Shown here in pieces: positions 28,533 to 37,047 of a stretch of DNA of 64,000 nucleotides. The notes under the pieces are model-generated. The model made no database searches and was not told the DNA's origin. It saw nothing but the letters and a program-made list of their open reading frames with translations. The stretch spans positions 1 through 64,000 of the forward strand of contig JAZSNU010000017.1 in assembly GCA_045536565.1 (NCBI GenBank), in the 5' to 3' direction. Within the stretch, counting starts at the first letter, position 1; each line of letters starts with the position of its first letter. The DNA is from Clostridia bacterium (GTDB lineage Bacteria; Bacillota; Clostridia; TANB77; CAG-465). The position numbers and the translations under genes are program-made.

Positions 28533-29378
28533 ATGAAAAAAATTATAACTATTTTTTTAATATTTGTTTTGACTATTTGCCCTGCTGTGTGTTTTGCTGC
28601 TGAATATTGTGATTTTACAGATGAAAACAACCATTATTACAGTTATTCAAGTACAATGTATACTATGCATCCTCATGCTGGCTATTTAGAATGCATCTGT
28701 GGAAAAGAACACCATTCATCTAAGCTGTATATGGATGATTGCATAAAATGTCAAAAAGAATTGTGCGAAAATGGAATTCATTATTATTTGCATGAAGTAA
28801 AATATACAGATAAACATAATGGTTATGGAATGTGTTTCTGCGGTAAAAAACAATATTTTACAAGTTTTGAAAATACTTTTGATTTTGATGAACAATTTCC
28901 GTGGGCATTTAGAGAAATTGACAGAAAGAATAATGTTACTATTGTAAATGCTAATCATCCTCATGAAGAATATGAGTATGATGGCTATAATTTACGGAAG
29001 ATAAATGATTCTGGATGTATTTTTACTGCTTGTGGTGCTTGTCAAATTCAAAGTGAATACTATGATCAAGTAGATGAATATAATTGGGATAAAGTTACGG
29101 CTTATCAAGATAATTATTATGATGATAATTATGATAGTTATTACGAAGACTATTATTATAATGCTTACGATGATTACTATTATGAAGACTATTACTATGA
29201 TGATTACGATGACGACTATTATGAAGATGACTATTATTATGATGATTATGATGTTGACAATTATGACGGCTATTATGATGATTCTGAGTACTATGAAGAT
29301 GACTATGATGATGGTGACGATGATATTTCAGATGAAGAATTATATGAATGGCTTGGTATTGTAAAAGAATTGTTGTAA
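28533..29378 (+). CDS. Secreted Cys/His-rich protein with Tyr/Asp-rich tail
   Basis: Signal peptide ending CFA; HPH..ECICG, CFCG, CIKC and CGAC motifs; about 90 residues dominated by Y/D/E. Confidence 0.75.
   Translation: MKKIITIFLIFVLTICPAVCFAAEYCDFTDENNHYYSYSSTMYTMHPHAGYLECICGKEHHSSKLYMDDCIKCQKELCENGIHYYLHEVKYTDKHNGYGMCFCGKKQYFTSFENTFDFDEQFPWAFREIDRKNNVTIVNANHPHEEYEYDGYNLRKINDSGCIFTACGACQIQSEYYDQVDEYNWDKVTAYQDNYYDDNYDSYYEDYYYNAYDDYYYEDYYYDDYDDDYYEDDYYYDDYDVDNYDGYYDDSEYYEDDYDDGDDDISDEELYEWLGIVKELL
29060..29330 (+). repeat. Low-complexity TAT/TAC/GAT/GAC tract (Tyr/Asp-rich)
   Basis: Encodes YYDDNYDSYYEDYYYNAYDDYYYEDYYYDDYDDDYYEDDYYYDD... Confidence 0.85.
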
Positions 29379-29385
29379 TTTATAA

Positions 29386-29414
29386 AGAAGAACTTTAATT
29401 AGTTCTTCTTTTTT
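29386..29414 (+). terminator. Rho-independent terminator, copy 1 of a 29-bp direct repeat
   Basis: AGAAGAACT-TTAATT-AGTTCTTCT-TTTTT; identical to 31115-31143. Confidence 0.85.
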
Positions 29415-29495
29415 CTACATTTTTTATCTATGTAATATTATTAAAAGTATAATTTTTTATGTAAAAGTAAGTCGTACGATTTTTCTAAAATGTTG

Positions 29496-29524
29496 TTGAC
29501 TTTTAAGTAGTATGACAATATAAT
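29496..29524 (+). promoter_or_regulatory. sigma-A promoter with no adjacent ORF
   Basis: TTGACT-17-TATAAT. Confidence 0.5.
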
Positions 29525-29673
29525 ATGAACACTTGGTATCAAGTTTTTAATTTGTACAATTTTTATCAAAAATATTAATTCAAAAAATATATAATTTATT
29601 CTTTAATAGTTTAATTAGATTTTAAAAATAATACAAAACACCAACTAATAGTTGTTAAACCAAAACAAATATG

Positions 29674-29702
29674 TTGCAAATAAACACAGTATGTGTTACA
29701 AT
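29674..29702 (+). promoter_or_regulatory. sigma-A promoter of Rpn gene
   Basis: TTGCAA-17-TACAAT with TG extension, immediately before GGAGG RBS. Confidence 0.55.
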
Positions 29703-29718
29703 GGAATGGAGGAATGCA

Positions 29719-30774
29719 ATGCAAGAAGAATTTAATATGAGTCCTAAAATGGATGTGGTATTTAAAGCATTTTTTAGCAAGAAAGGAAATGAAAATCTTT
29801 TAGAAGATTTTTTATCTAGTATATTAGGTGAAAAAGTTAAGTGTAAAGAAATAATAGATGAGGCAAGAATAGGAGCAAAAAGACCAGGAGAAAAATATGG
29901 AACTCTTGATATAAAAGCAGTATTAGAAAATGGTGTTGAGATAGATATAGAGATGCAAATGGCAGACAGAAAAGACACTATAAATAGAGCCTTGTATTAC
30001 ATGAGTATGTTAACAGTAGAAGGGCTACATCCATCAGAAGAATATAAGCAAATGAAAAAGAAAATAGTAATATTCTTAATGGACTATGAATTATTTAAAT
30101 TAGATAAAACAATAGTAAGTTCGTATTTATGCTTAAATGAAGATAAAAATCAAGAAATAACAAACCTGCAAAAATATTACTTTATAGATTTAACAAAAGC
30201 AAAAGAATTAACGGATAAAGATAGAAGAAGGTTAAGAATATGGCTGGCATTCCTGAATCGAGATAAAAAGGAGTTGTCTATGGTGAAGGAAGATAAAATA
30301 ATGAAAAAAGCAGAGGAAGAGTATGGATATTTAACAGGAGATGCAGAATTAAAAAGACTGGCGTGGCTTAGAATAAAAGCAATAAAGGACGAAGCAGCAA
30401 GTCGAAGATTAGGATTAGAGGAAGGAATAGAAAAAGGCATTAAGGAAAGTAGGAATGAAATTGCCCAAAAACTTATAGCAGAAGGGCTAGATACGGAGAA
30501 GATAGTGGAACTAACCGGTCTTGAAAAAGAAGAAGTTGAAAGGCTAGAAAAAGAATATCCATATTTAAGAGGTGAAGAAGAAAGAAAAAGACTAGAATGG
30601 TTAAAAATAAAAGCAATAAAGGATGAAGCAGCGAGTAGAAGATTGGGATTAGAGGAAGGAATAAAACAAGGTAAATATGAAGTGGCAAAGAAGTTATTGA
30701 AAAAAGGAATTGATATATGCGAAATTATTGAACTGACTGGTATTAGTGAAAAAGAATTAGAGAGTTTAAAATAA
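29719..30774 (+). CDS. Rpn family / PD-(D/E)XK nuclease family transposase-like protein with duplicated C-terminal domain
   Basis: SPKMDVVFKAFF, LDIKA..IDIEMQ, RALYYMS; C-terminal EEGIEKG..EIAQKL..G.D...I.ELTG unit present twice; GGAGG RBS favours ATG 29719. Confidence 0.88.
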   Translation: MQEEFNMSPKMDVVFKAFFSKKGNENLLEDFLSSILGEKVKCKEIIDEARIGAKRPGEKYGTLDIKAVLENGVEIDIEMQMADRKDTINRALYYMSMLTVEGLHPSEEYKQMKKKIVIFLMDYELFKLDKTIVSSYLCLNEDKNQEITNLQKYYFIDLTKAKELTDKDRRRLRIWLAFLNRDKKELSMVKEDKIMKKAEEEYGYLTGDAELKRLAWLRIKAIKDEAASRRLGLEEGIEKGIKESRNEIAQKLIAEGLDTEKIVELTGLEKEEVERLEKEYPYLRGEEERKRLEWLKIKAIKDEAASRRLGLEEGIKQGKYEVAKKLLKKGIDICEIIELTGISEKELESLK

Positions 30775-30830
30775 TATAAATAACATTTGTTAATATAAAA
30801 ACAAGATTTACATATAGCAGTGCATGTGAG

Positions 30831-30859
30831 TTGAAATTTACATAAAAAAGTGATATAAT
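30831..30859 (+). promoter_or_regulatory. sigma-A promoter (cassette-type)
   Basis: TTGAAA-TTTACATAAAAAAGTGA-TATAAT. Confidence 0.7.
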
Positions 30860-30913
30860 ATTAGTGTATTAAAAATTAGTACAAATATTAATATATTTAA
30901 AGGAGATATAAAT

Positions 30914-31105
30914 ATGAAATATGATGTTATTTATGAACGATCAATTGCATCAACTTATACCGCAATAAGCGCGTTAACAGTAAAAGTAAATAGAGCAATT
31001 GAGGAGGGGTGGAAACCTATTGGCGGAATCGCTGTATATGATACTTATGCTTGCCAAGCCATGATAAAAGATAATAACGATGAAACACTAAAAAAGTATG
31101 TATAG
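30914..31105 (+). CDS. DUF1737-like small protein
   Basis: LTVKVNRAIEEGWKPIGG...YACQAMIK pattern; AAGGAG RBS. Confidence 0.7.
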   Translation: MKYDVIYERSIASTYTAISALTVKVNRAIEEGWKPIGGIAVYDTYACQAMIKDNNDETLKKYV

Positions 31106-31114
31106 TAGTGTTAT

Positions 31115-31143
31115 AGAAGAACTTTAATTAGTTCTTCTTTTTT
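31115..31143 (+). terminator. Rho-independent terminator, copy 2 of the 29-bp direct repeat
   Basis: Identical to 29386-29414. Confidence 0.85.
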
Positions 31144-31240
31144 TGTTTGTTTTAGACATTTTATTCAAATATTTAGTATATATTTTTACAAAATAATATA
31201 TATATCCTATGGTATATTTAATCTAGTTAGAGGAAAAATT

Positions 31241-32128
31241 ATGGAAGAAATTTTAAAATATATGCCAAATAATATGGCTTTATGTGTTAAAAAATATTTA
31301 GGTAATCAAGGAATAAATGAGATTCGTTTAAGAAGTGGAAATCATTTAATACTTAGGTTTACAACGAGGGAAATAGTAACTGATTACATAGTGTCAAAAG
31401 AAGACATATTAAATATACTACTTAGTATATCTAAAAACTCTATATATTCTATTCAAAATGATATTAATAATGGATTTTTAACTATTAAAGGTGGACATAG
31501 AGTTGGTGTTACAGGAGAAGTTGTACTTGAAGATGACAAAATTAAAAATATTAAAAACATATCATCGATGAATATACGAATAGCAAGAGAAATAAAAGGA
31601 GCAGCCAGTAAATTAATAAATTATGTAGTAAATGGAAATAATATAAATAACACACTTATTGTATCGGGGCCAGGTTGTGGCAAAACAACAATGCTTAGAG
31701 ATTTAATTAGGCAAATAAGTAATATAGGAAGAAATGTTGCGCTAATTGACGAAAGAGGCGAACTTGCTTCAATGCATGAAGGAAAAGCAATGTTAGATGT
31801 GGGCCCGAGAACTGATGTGATGTCATTTTGTCCTAAGCACAAAGGTATAACACTTGTTACAAGAAGTATGGGACCTGATGTTATAGCAACAGATGAAATA
31901 GGAAACAGAAAAGATATTGAAGCAATAAAAAATGCAGCACTTACAGGAGTAAGTCTTTTGTTTACGATGCATGGAAGAAATATTAACGATTTAAAGAAAA
32001 ATAAAGAAGTAAATCAGATTATATCAGAAGGGTATTTTGATGTAATAGTTTTCTTATCAAATAGAAATGGCGTAGGTACAATAGAAAAAATTATAAAAGG
32101 AAAAGGTGATTTTAATGCTTATTGTTAA
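31241..32128 (+). CDS. spoIIIAA: Stage III sporulation protein AA (ATPase)
   Basis: EIRLR, GGHRVGVTG, GPGCGKTTMLRD, DERGELA, DEIG. Confidence 0.94.
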   Translation: MEEILKYMPNNMALCVKKYLGNQGINEIRLRSGNHLILRFTTREIVTDYIVSKEDILNILLSISKNSIYSIQNDINNGFLTIKGGHRVGVTGEVVLEDDKIKNIKNISSMNIRIAREIKGAASKLINYVVNGNNINNTLIVSGPGCGKTTMLRDLIRQISNIGRNVALIDERGELASMHEGKAMLDVGPRTDVMSFCPKHKGITLVTRSMGPDVIATDEIGNRKDIEAIKNAALTGVSLLFTMHGRNINDLKKNKEVNQIISEGYFDVIVFLSNRNGVGTIEKIIKGKGDFNAYC

Positions 32129-32633
32129 ATTAGGAATATGTGTAGGAATAGTTGCTATATGCACTATACTGGGAATAAAAAAATCTAAAAAATATGAAAT
32201 TAGAGAACATATTTTACAAGACTTTGTAACTGCTTTTAAGTCTTTGGAAAATGATATAAAATATATGCTTACTTCACTTCCAGATGCTATTGAAAATGTA
32301 AGGCATGGATTAAATACAGGCATAAAAGATACATTAGGTGCAATATCTGTTGCAATGTTAGATAGTGGATGTTCAGAAGATATGAATAAAAAGATAAACA
32401 GAGAAATAGATAGTGTATTTGAACTTAATTCTTATGATAAAGAGATAATTTATCAAGGATTAACAAATTTAGGTAAATCAGATAGTGAAACACAAATAGC
32501 GATTATTAATTCAACGATTACCAATTTGAACAATAGATTAGATGAGGCAAGAGAAGAAAAAACAAAAAACTTTAAGTTATATAGAACACTTGGAACTGCA
32601 ATTGGACTTATGATTGCAATTGTATTTATATAA
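32115..32633 (+). CDS. spoIIIAB: Stage III sporulation protein AB
   Basis: N- and C-terminal TM segments, LG.SD...Q, KLYRTLG; operon position. Confidence 0.88.
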   Translation: MLIVKLGICVGIVAICTILGIKKSKKYEIREHILQDFVTAFKSLENDIKYMLTSLPDAIENVRHGLNTGIKDTLGAISVAMLDSGCSEDMNKKINREIDSVFELNSYDKEIIYQGLTNLGKSDSETQIAIINSTITNLNNRLDEAREEKTKNFKLYRTLGTAIGLMIAIVFI

Positions 32634-32655
32634 CAAAAGAGGAAGGAGAAAATAT

Positions 32656-32850
32656 ATGGATATAGATTTATTATTTAAAATAGCAGGAATAGGTATACTT
32701 GTAGCAGTGCTTAATCAAGTACTTACAAAAGCAGGTAGAGAAGACCAAGCTATGATGACTACTCTTACAGGACTTATTATTGTGCTTGCTATTGTAATAC
32801 AAGAAATAAGTGGATTATTTAATACAGTAAGGACAGTATTTAAATTATAG
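32656..32850 (+). CDS. spoIIIAC: Stage III sporulation protein AC
   Basis: MDIDLLFKIAGIGILVAVLNQVL..AGREDQA; AAGGAG RBS. Confidence 0.93.
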   Translation: MDIDLLFKIAGIGILVAVLNQVLTKAGREDQAMMTTLTGLIIVLAIVIQEISGLFNTVRTVFKL

Positions 32851-32860
32851 AGGGTAAAAT

Positions 32861-33244
32861 ATGGAAATATTAAAGATGTCAGCATTTGCACTTATGGCAG
32901 TTGTAATTATTGTACTTATAAAGCAGGAAAAGAAGGAAATAGGAGTAATAATTAGTATATGTGCAGCAGTGGTGCTTTCAGTATATGCCATAGTCCAATT
33001 AAATGATATTGTTAATTTATTGTTTGATTTAATATCAAATGTAGGTGTAAATGCCAAATATTTAGAAATAATACTTAAAGTAGTTGGAATTGCATATATT
33101 GTTGAACTTACAAAAGATGTATGCGTAGACTCTGGTGAAACAGCATTAGGAGCAAAAGTAGAAATGACAGGCAAAATTGTTATGGTGGCAATGACAATTC
33201 CAATAATTACAGGAGTAGTAGAAGTTATTAATAAATTAATATAA
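32861..33244 (+). CDS. spoIIIAD: Stage III sporulation protein AD
   Basis: YLEIILKVVGIAYI...CVDSGETALGAKVEM.GK. Confidence 0.93.
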   Translation: MEILKMSAFALMAVVIIVLIKQEKKEIGVIISICAAVVLSVYAIVQLNDIVNLLFDLISNVGVNAKYLEIILKVVGIAYIVELTKDVCVDSGETALGAKVEMTGKIVMVAMTIPIITGVVEVINKLI

Positions 33245-33256
33245 AGGAAACAAAAG

Positions 33257-34399
33257 ATGAAAAAAATTTTAAAGATAATATTTATATCAATGTTGTTTAT
33301 GTCTATAACTAATGTTTTTGCAACAGAGACCATTATTAAAGAGGCATCTGATACATTAAAACTTACAGATATGATAGATAGTTTAAATGAATATATAGAT
33401 GATAGTTCTGTTGCATCAGAACTTGATTTAGAAAAGATTTCTAAAAATTTAATAACAGGTAAGAGTAATGACTATTCAAAGTTGGTACAAAAAATATTCG
33501 ATATATTTGCAGGTGAAACAATAACCACCTTAAAAAGTTCAATCGCAATACTTATTATTATAGTTATAATGGGAATATTTAGCTGTCTTGAGATGGATAA
33601 AAATAGCGGAGTTGGTAAAATTGCATATTTAATATCAATAGTTGTAATTAGCACAATATTAACGGACATGTATGTGGGTATAATACAAAACTACACAAAA
33701 ACTATATCTATACTAACTAGTATAATGCAAACTGTTACACCTTTTGTGATGATAGTTATGGTAGCAGCAGGTGGAATAGTAAGTAGTAATTTAATACAGC
33801 CTATAATTTTGTTTATAGCAAGTTTGGTAGGATTTTTAATTAACTATATAGTAATTCCTTTTGTTACTATATCATTAGTAATGAATATGGTCTCAGCGTT
33901 TGGTGAAAATATAAGATTAAATAAACTTGGAAAAATATTTTCTAAATCAGGACTATGGGTAACAGGAGTAGTATTTACATTATTTCTTAGCGTTATATCA
34001 ATAAAAGGAAGCATAACTACATCAGTAGATTCAGTAGTTGTAAAAACTACACAAACAGCGGTATCAAATTTTGTACCAGTTGTGGGTAAGTTTGTATCAG
34101 ATAGTTTAGAAAGTATTATGGGTGCAACAGAAGTAATAGGTAAAGCAGCAGGAATCGTTGGAATAATCGTAATGATAGTGGTATCTCTTGTTCCAGTAAT
34201 CCAGATGCTAGTTATATTTGTAAGCCATAAAATTTTAGCCGCTCTTACTGAAACTATAACAGATAATAAAAATATGATAGGAATAATAGATAGTTTTGCG
34301 GAAACATATAAAGTTTTACTTGGTGTTTTAATAGGAATACTTGCTTTATTTATAATGTCATCTGGTGTCCTTATAAAACTAATGGGAAGTATAACATAA
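33257..34399 (+). CDS. spoIIIAE: Stage III sporulation protein AE
   Basis: Polytopic membrane protein with FVPVVGKFVSD; operon position. Confidence 0.9.
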   Translation: MKKILKIIFISMLFMSITNVFATETIIKEASDTLKLTDMIDSLNEYIDDSSVASELDLEKISKNLITGKSNDYSKLVQKIFDIFAGETITTLKSSIAILIIIVIMGIFSCLEMDKNSGVGKIAYLISIVVISTILTDMYVGIIQNYTKTISILTSIMQTVTPFVMIVMVAAGGIVSSNLIQPIILFIASLVGFLINYIVIPFVTISLVMNMVSAFGENIRLNKLGKIFSKSGLWVTGVVFTLFLSVISIKGSITTSVDSVVVKTTQTAVSNFVPVVGKFVSDSLESIMGATEVIGKAAGIVGIIVMIVVSLVPVIQMLVIFVSHKILAALTETITDNKNMIGIIDSFAETYKVLLGVLIGILALFIMSSGVLIKLMGSIT

Positions 34400-34417
34400 A
34401 ACAAAGGAGGAATATAT

Positions 34418-34945
34418 ATGATGGCTATTAAGTCGTTTATAGAATTAGTTATTTATGTTGCAATTGTTGCAATAATTATTGAGTTAATATTGCCAAAAGG
34501 CAATACAAAAAAATATGTATATGTAATATTATCACTTTTTATGCTTCTTAATATCGTATCTCCAATAATAAATATTATAAAAGATACTAATATGCAGGAG
34601 GTACTAGGTGATGTTCTTGAAACTATATCAACTAATACTCAAAATGTTAAGAATACAGATATACAAGAATTTTCTGAATATAAAAATGTTAAAGTAACAG
34701 AAAGTCTAAAAGATGGTTTGTCAAAAGAAATAAAAAGTTTGCTTATAGATATGTCAGTAGAATTTAAAGGTTTAGATATAGTATTAAATGATAATTACGA
34801 GTTTGAAGAATTAAAAGTAAAAATAGGAAATTTAGAACATATAAAGGATAAAAAAATAGAAAAAATATCGGATATTATAACTAAAATAAGTGAGAAGTAC
34901 AACTTGAAAGAAAACACAATAAGAATAATAGAGGAGGGTAAATAA
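34418..34945 (+). CDS. spoIIIAF: Stage III sporulation protein AF
   Basis: ELILPKGNTKKYV...IVSPI. Confidence 0.88.
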   Translation: MMAIKSFIELVIYVAIVAIIIELILPKGNTKKYVYVILSLFMLLNIVSPIINIIKDTNMQEVLGDVLETISTNTQNVKNTDIQEFSEYKNVKVTESLKDGLSKEIKSLLIDMSVEFKGLDIVLNDNYEFEELKVKIGNLEHIKDKKIEKISDIITKISEKYNLKENTIRIIEEGK

Positions 34946-35523
34946 TGAACTATGTAGATAAACTAATGAAAATGTTTTCAAAAGAAAAGGATAAAAAAAC
35001 AAAAACACAAAATCTTATTTTTCTTTGTATATTGTTAGTGTTTGCATTAATATGTATAAACAATATATATAACCAAGATTCCGTAGAGACTTTAAACGAA
35101 AACAAAGAAAACGCCCAAAGTAGTAATAAAAATGAATCTTCCTATTATAATAATACTAAGCAGGAATTAGAAAATATATTAGAACAAATTAGTGGGGTTA
35201 GTGATGTATCAGTTATGCTTACATATTCAAGCGATGAAAAAATGATACCGGTATATGATGTTAAGGAGGATATAACTGTTGAAGAAGATGGTAATGGTAA
35301 TGACACAAAGAAAAGTCAAAAAACAACAACAGAAAAGACAGTGGCTTATGAAGAGAAAGATGGAGAAAAAGTAGCCATAGTAGAAAGAAAACAAAGTCCA
35401 GAAATTATTGGTGCAATTATTGCTGCAAAAGGAATAGATTCGCATAGTAGCAATAAGATTAAAGAGGCGGTGTCAAATGCATTAAATATACCTATACATA
35501 AAGTAGAGGTGTTTTCAAAATAA
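34945..35523 (+). CDS. spoIIIAG: Stage III sporulation protein AG
   Basis: LENILEQISGVSDVSVMLT, PEIIGAII.AKG, IPIHKVEV. Confidence 0.9.
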   Translation: MNYVDKLMKMFSKEKDKKTKTQNLIFLCILLVFALICINNIYNQDSVETLNENKENAQSSNKNESSYYNNTKQELENILEQISGVSDVSVMLTYSSDEKMIPVYDVKEDITVEEDGNGNDTKKSQKTTTEKTVAYEEKDGEKVAIVERKQSPEIIGAIIAAKGIDSHSSNKIKEAVSNALNIPIHKVEVFSK

Positions 35524-35526
35524 GAG

Positions 35527-36132
35527 GTGAAGAGTTTGAAAATTTTTAAAAAAAGTCAAATAGCAATAATATCATTATCTTTAATGGTTATGATAGCAGG
35601 ATATGTAAATTACAAATATAATCCGGAAAGAGAAGAAAATTTAGGACAGTCGGTATATGTGAACAGCAAAGATGGATTCATGTATAGCACAATAAAAATA
35701 TATGATGAGGAAGATATCAGTAGAAATGAAAAATCAGAAGATGAAACTATTCAAACAAATAATTTATACAAACAAAAAGAGGCAGAAGAAACAATATCAC
35801 ATTTTAGAGCAAATAGAAATAATATGTTTTCTGAACTGCAAGAAACATATTCAAAAGTTATAGAAGCAAATTCTACTAGCACAGAGCAACTTACAGAATA
35901 TCAAAATAAACTAAATAAACTTATCGAAGATAAACATACTATAACAATAGTAGAAGATTTAATTAAATCAAAAGGAATCGATGATATAGTAATTGTTCCT
36001 ACAAATGAAAATCTTAATGTTATTGTATCGGATAAAGAGGAAATAACAAGTGATATAATTGCTATGATTCAAAAAACAATACAAGATGAATTAGATTTTC
36101 CAGCAAGCAAAATAACCATAAATGTGCCATAA
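35527..36132 (+). CDS. spoIIIAH: Stage III sporulation protein AH
   Basis: N-terminal TM MIAGYVNY, EDLIKSKG; last gene of operon. Confidence 0.82.
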   Translation: MKSLKIFKKSQIAIISLSLMVMIAGYVNYKYNPEREENLGQSVYVNSKDGFMYSTIKIYDEEDISRNEKSEDETIQTNNLYKQKEAEETISHFRANRNNMFSELQETYSKVIEANSTSTEQLTEYQNKLNKLIEDKHTITIVEDLIKSKGIDDIVIVPTNENLNVIVSDKEEITSDIIAMIQKTIQDELDFPASKITINVP

Positions 36133-36140
36133 TTTCATAT

Positions 36141-36169
36141 TTGCATTTTACATAAAACTATGATATAAT
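36141..36169 (+). promoter_or_regulatory. sigma-A promoter (cassette-type)
   Basis: TTGCAT-TTTACATAAAACTATGA-TATAAT. Confidence 0.7.
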
Positions 36170-36222
36170 GCTTCCATAGTTTAAATAAAAACTAAATATT
36201 AATATATTTGGAGGTATGTAAA

Positions 36223-36501
36223 ATGGTTAGTAAAGCAATGGAATTTTACAATGAAGGTAAAAGAAATCAAAACGGTAGACAAAATGCGCAGTTGGGTGAT
36301 ATCTTAGCTTATATTAAAGAACAAATGGAAAAATGTAATGAAATTGAAGTCTTTTACGAGAATATTATTTATGATGCCGTAAGAGAAAGGCTTGAAGAGG
36401 AAGGCTTTTCCATACAAACTGTTTCACATAACGGGAACCCGACATATTTGATTAAAGTAAAAGATACACATAAAGCAGAACCATTTCCAGATGAAGAGTA
36501 A
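36223..36501 (+). CDS. Hypothetical protein, paralog A
   Basis: GGAGG RBS before ATG 36223; IIYDAVRERLEEEGFSIQTV shared with next ORF. Confidence 0.75.
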   Translation: MVSKAMEFYNEGKRNQNGRQNAQLGDILAYIKEQMEKCNEIEVFYENIIYDAVRERLEEEGFSIQTVSHNGNPTYLIKVKDTHKAEPFPDEE

Positions 36502-36536
36502 AATGAAACTAAGTATAAATATACGGAGGTGACAAA

Positions 36537-36854
36537 ATGCAAGGTAATCAAATTCCAGAAGAAGTATCCTTAGCAAAGGAGGTATTAAAGGAGTTAGAAG
36601 AAATGGAACAGGAAAACAGAAATACTCAACATGTTAAAATCATAAAATCTTTCGGGGAATATTTTAAAAATAATGGATCATCATTAATGTATTATCATGA
36701 TATTATTTATGATGAGGTAAGACAAAAATTAGAAACAGAAGGGTTTAGTGTAAAGACAGTAACATATGATAAATATGGAAGAACAGCATATTTAATAACC
36801 AAAAAAGAAGACAGTCATATTTTAGACTCGGAGCTGGGAAGTAGTATAGTGTAA
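36537..36854 (+). CDS. Hypothetical protein, paralog B
   Basis: GGAGG RBS; IIYDEVRQKLETEGFSVKTV. Confidence 0.75.
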   Translation: MQGNQIPEEVSLAKEVLKELEEMEQENRNTQHVKIIKSFGEYFKNNGSSLMYYHDIIYDEVRQKLETEGFSVKTVTYDKYGRTAYLITKKEDSHILDSELGSSIV

Positions 36855-36863
36855 ATACAGATC

Positions 36864-36899
36864 AAAATACAGATTTATTAATGTAAATCTGTATTTTTT
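36864..36899 (+). terminator. Rho-independent terminator
   Basis: AAAATACAGATTTA / TAAATCTGTATTTT + T-run. Confidence 0.75.
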
Positions 36900-36938
36900 C
36901 TTTTATACAAAAACCTTAAAATAAATTATTAATAAAAC

Positions 36939-36967
36939 TTGACAATGCTCTTTAAGTAATATATAAT
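36939..36967 (+). promoter_or_regulatory. Consensus sigma-A promoter of rpmF
   Basis: TTGACA-17-TATAAT. Confidence 0.8.
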
Positions 36968-37047
36968 ATATAAGCGAGTTTAAAGTAAATGAAATATGCT
37001 TTGCATATATGTATATATTAAATGTATTTACTTAAGGAGGGAATAAA

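Noticed and set aside
29074-29364. Met/Ile/Thr-rich 96-aa ORF
   Set aside because: Alternate-frame reading of the TAT/GAT low-complexity tract inside 28533-29378; no RBS
29525-29578. 17-codon ORF MNTWYQVFNLYNFYQKY
   Set aside because: The ATG directly abuts the -10 box, upstream of the expected transcription start, and there is no RBS
29719-30774. Rpn gene as an IS element
   Set aside because: No terminal inverted repeats seen, and this family is not an established transposase despite its annotation name
31160-31240. sigma-E promoter for spoIIIA (and sigma-K/E-like CATATAAT before dpsA near 6109)
   Set aside because: Expected biologically, but the match is too degenerate in AT-rich DNA to place with confidence
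26075-31240. Prophage or ICE
   Set aside because: No integrase, relaxase, structural or replication genes
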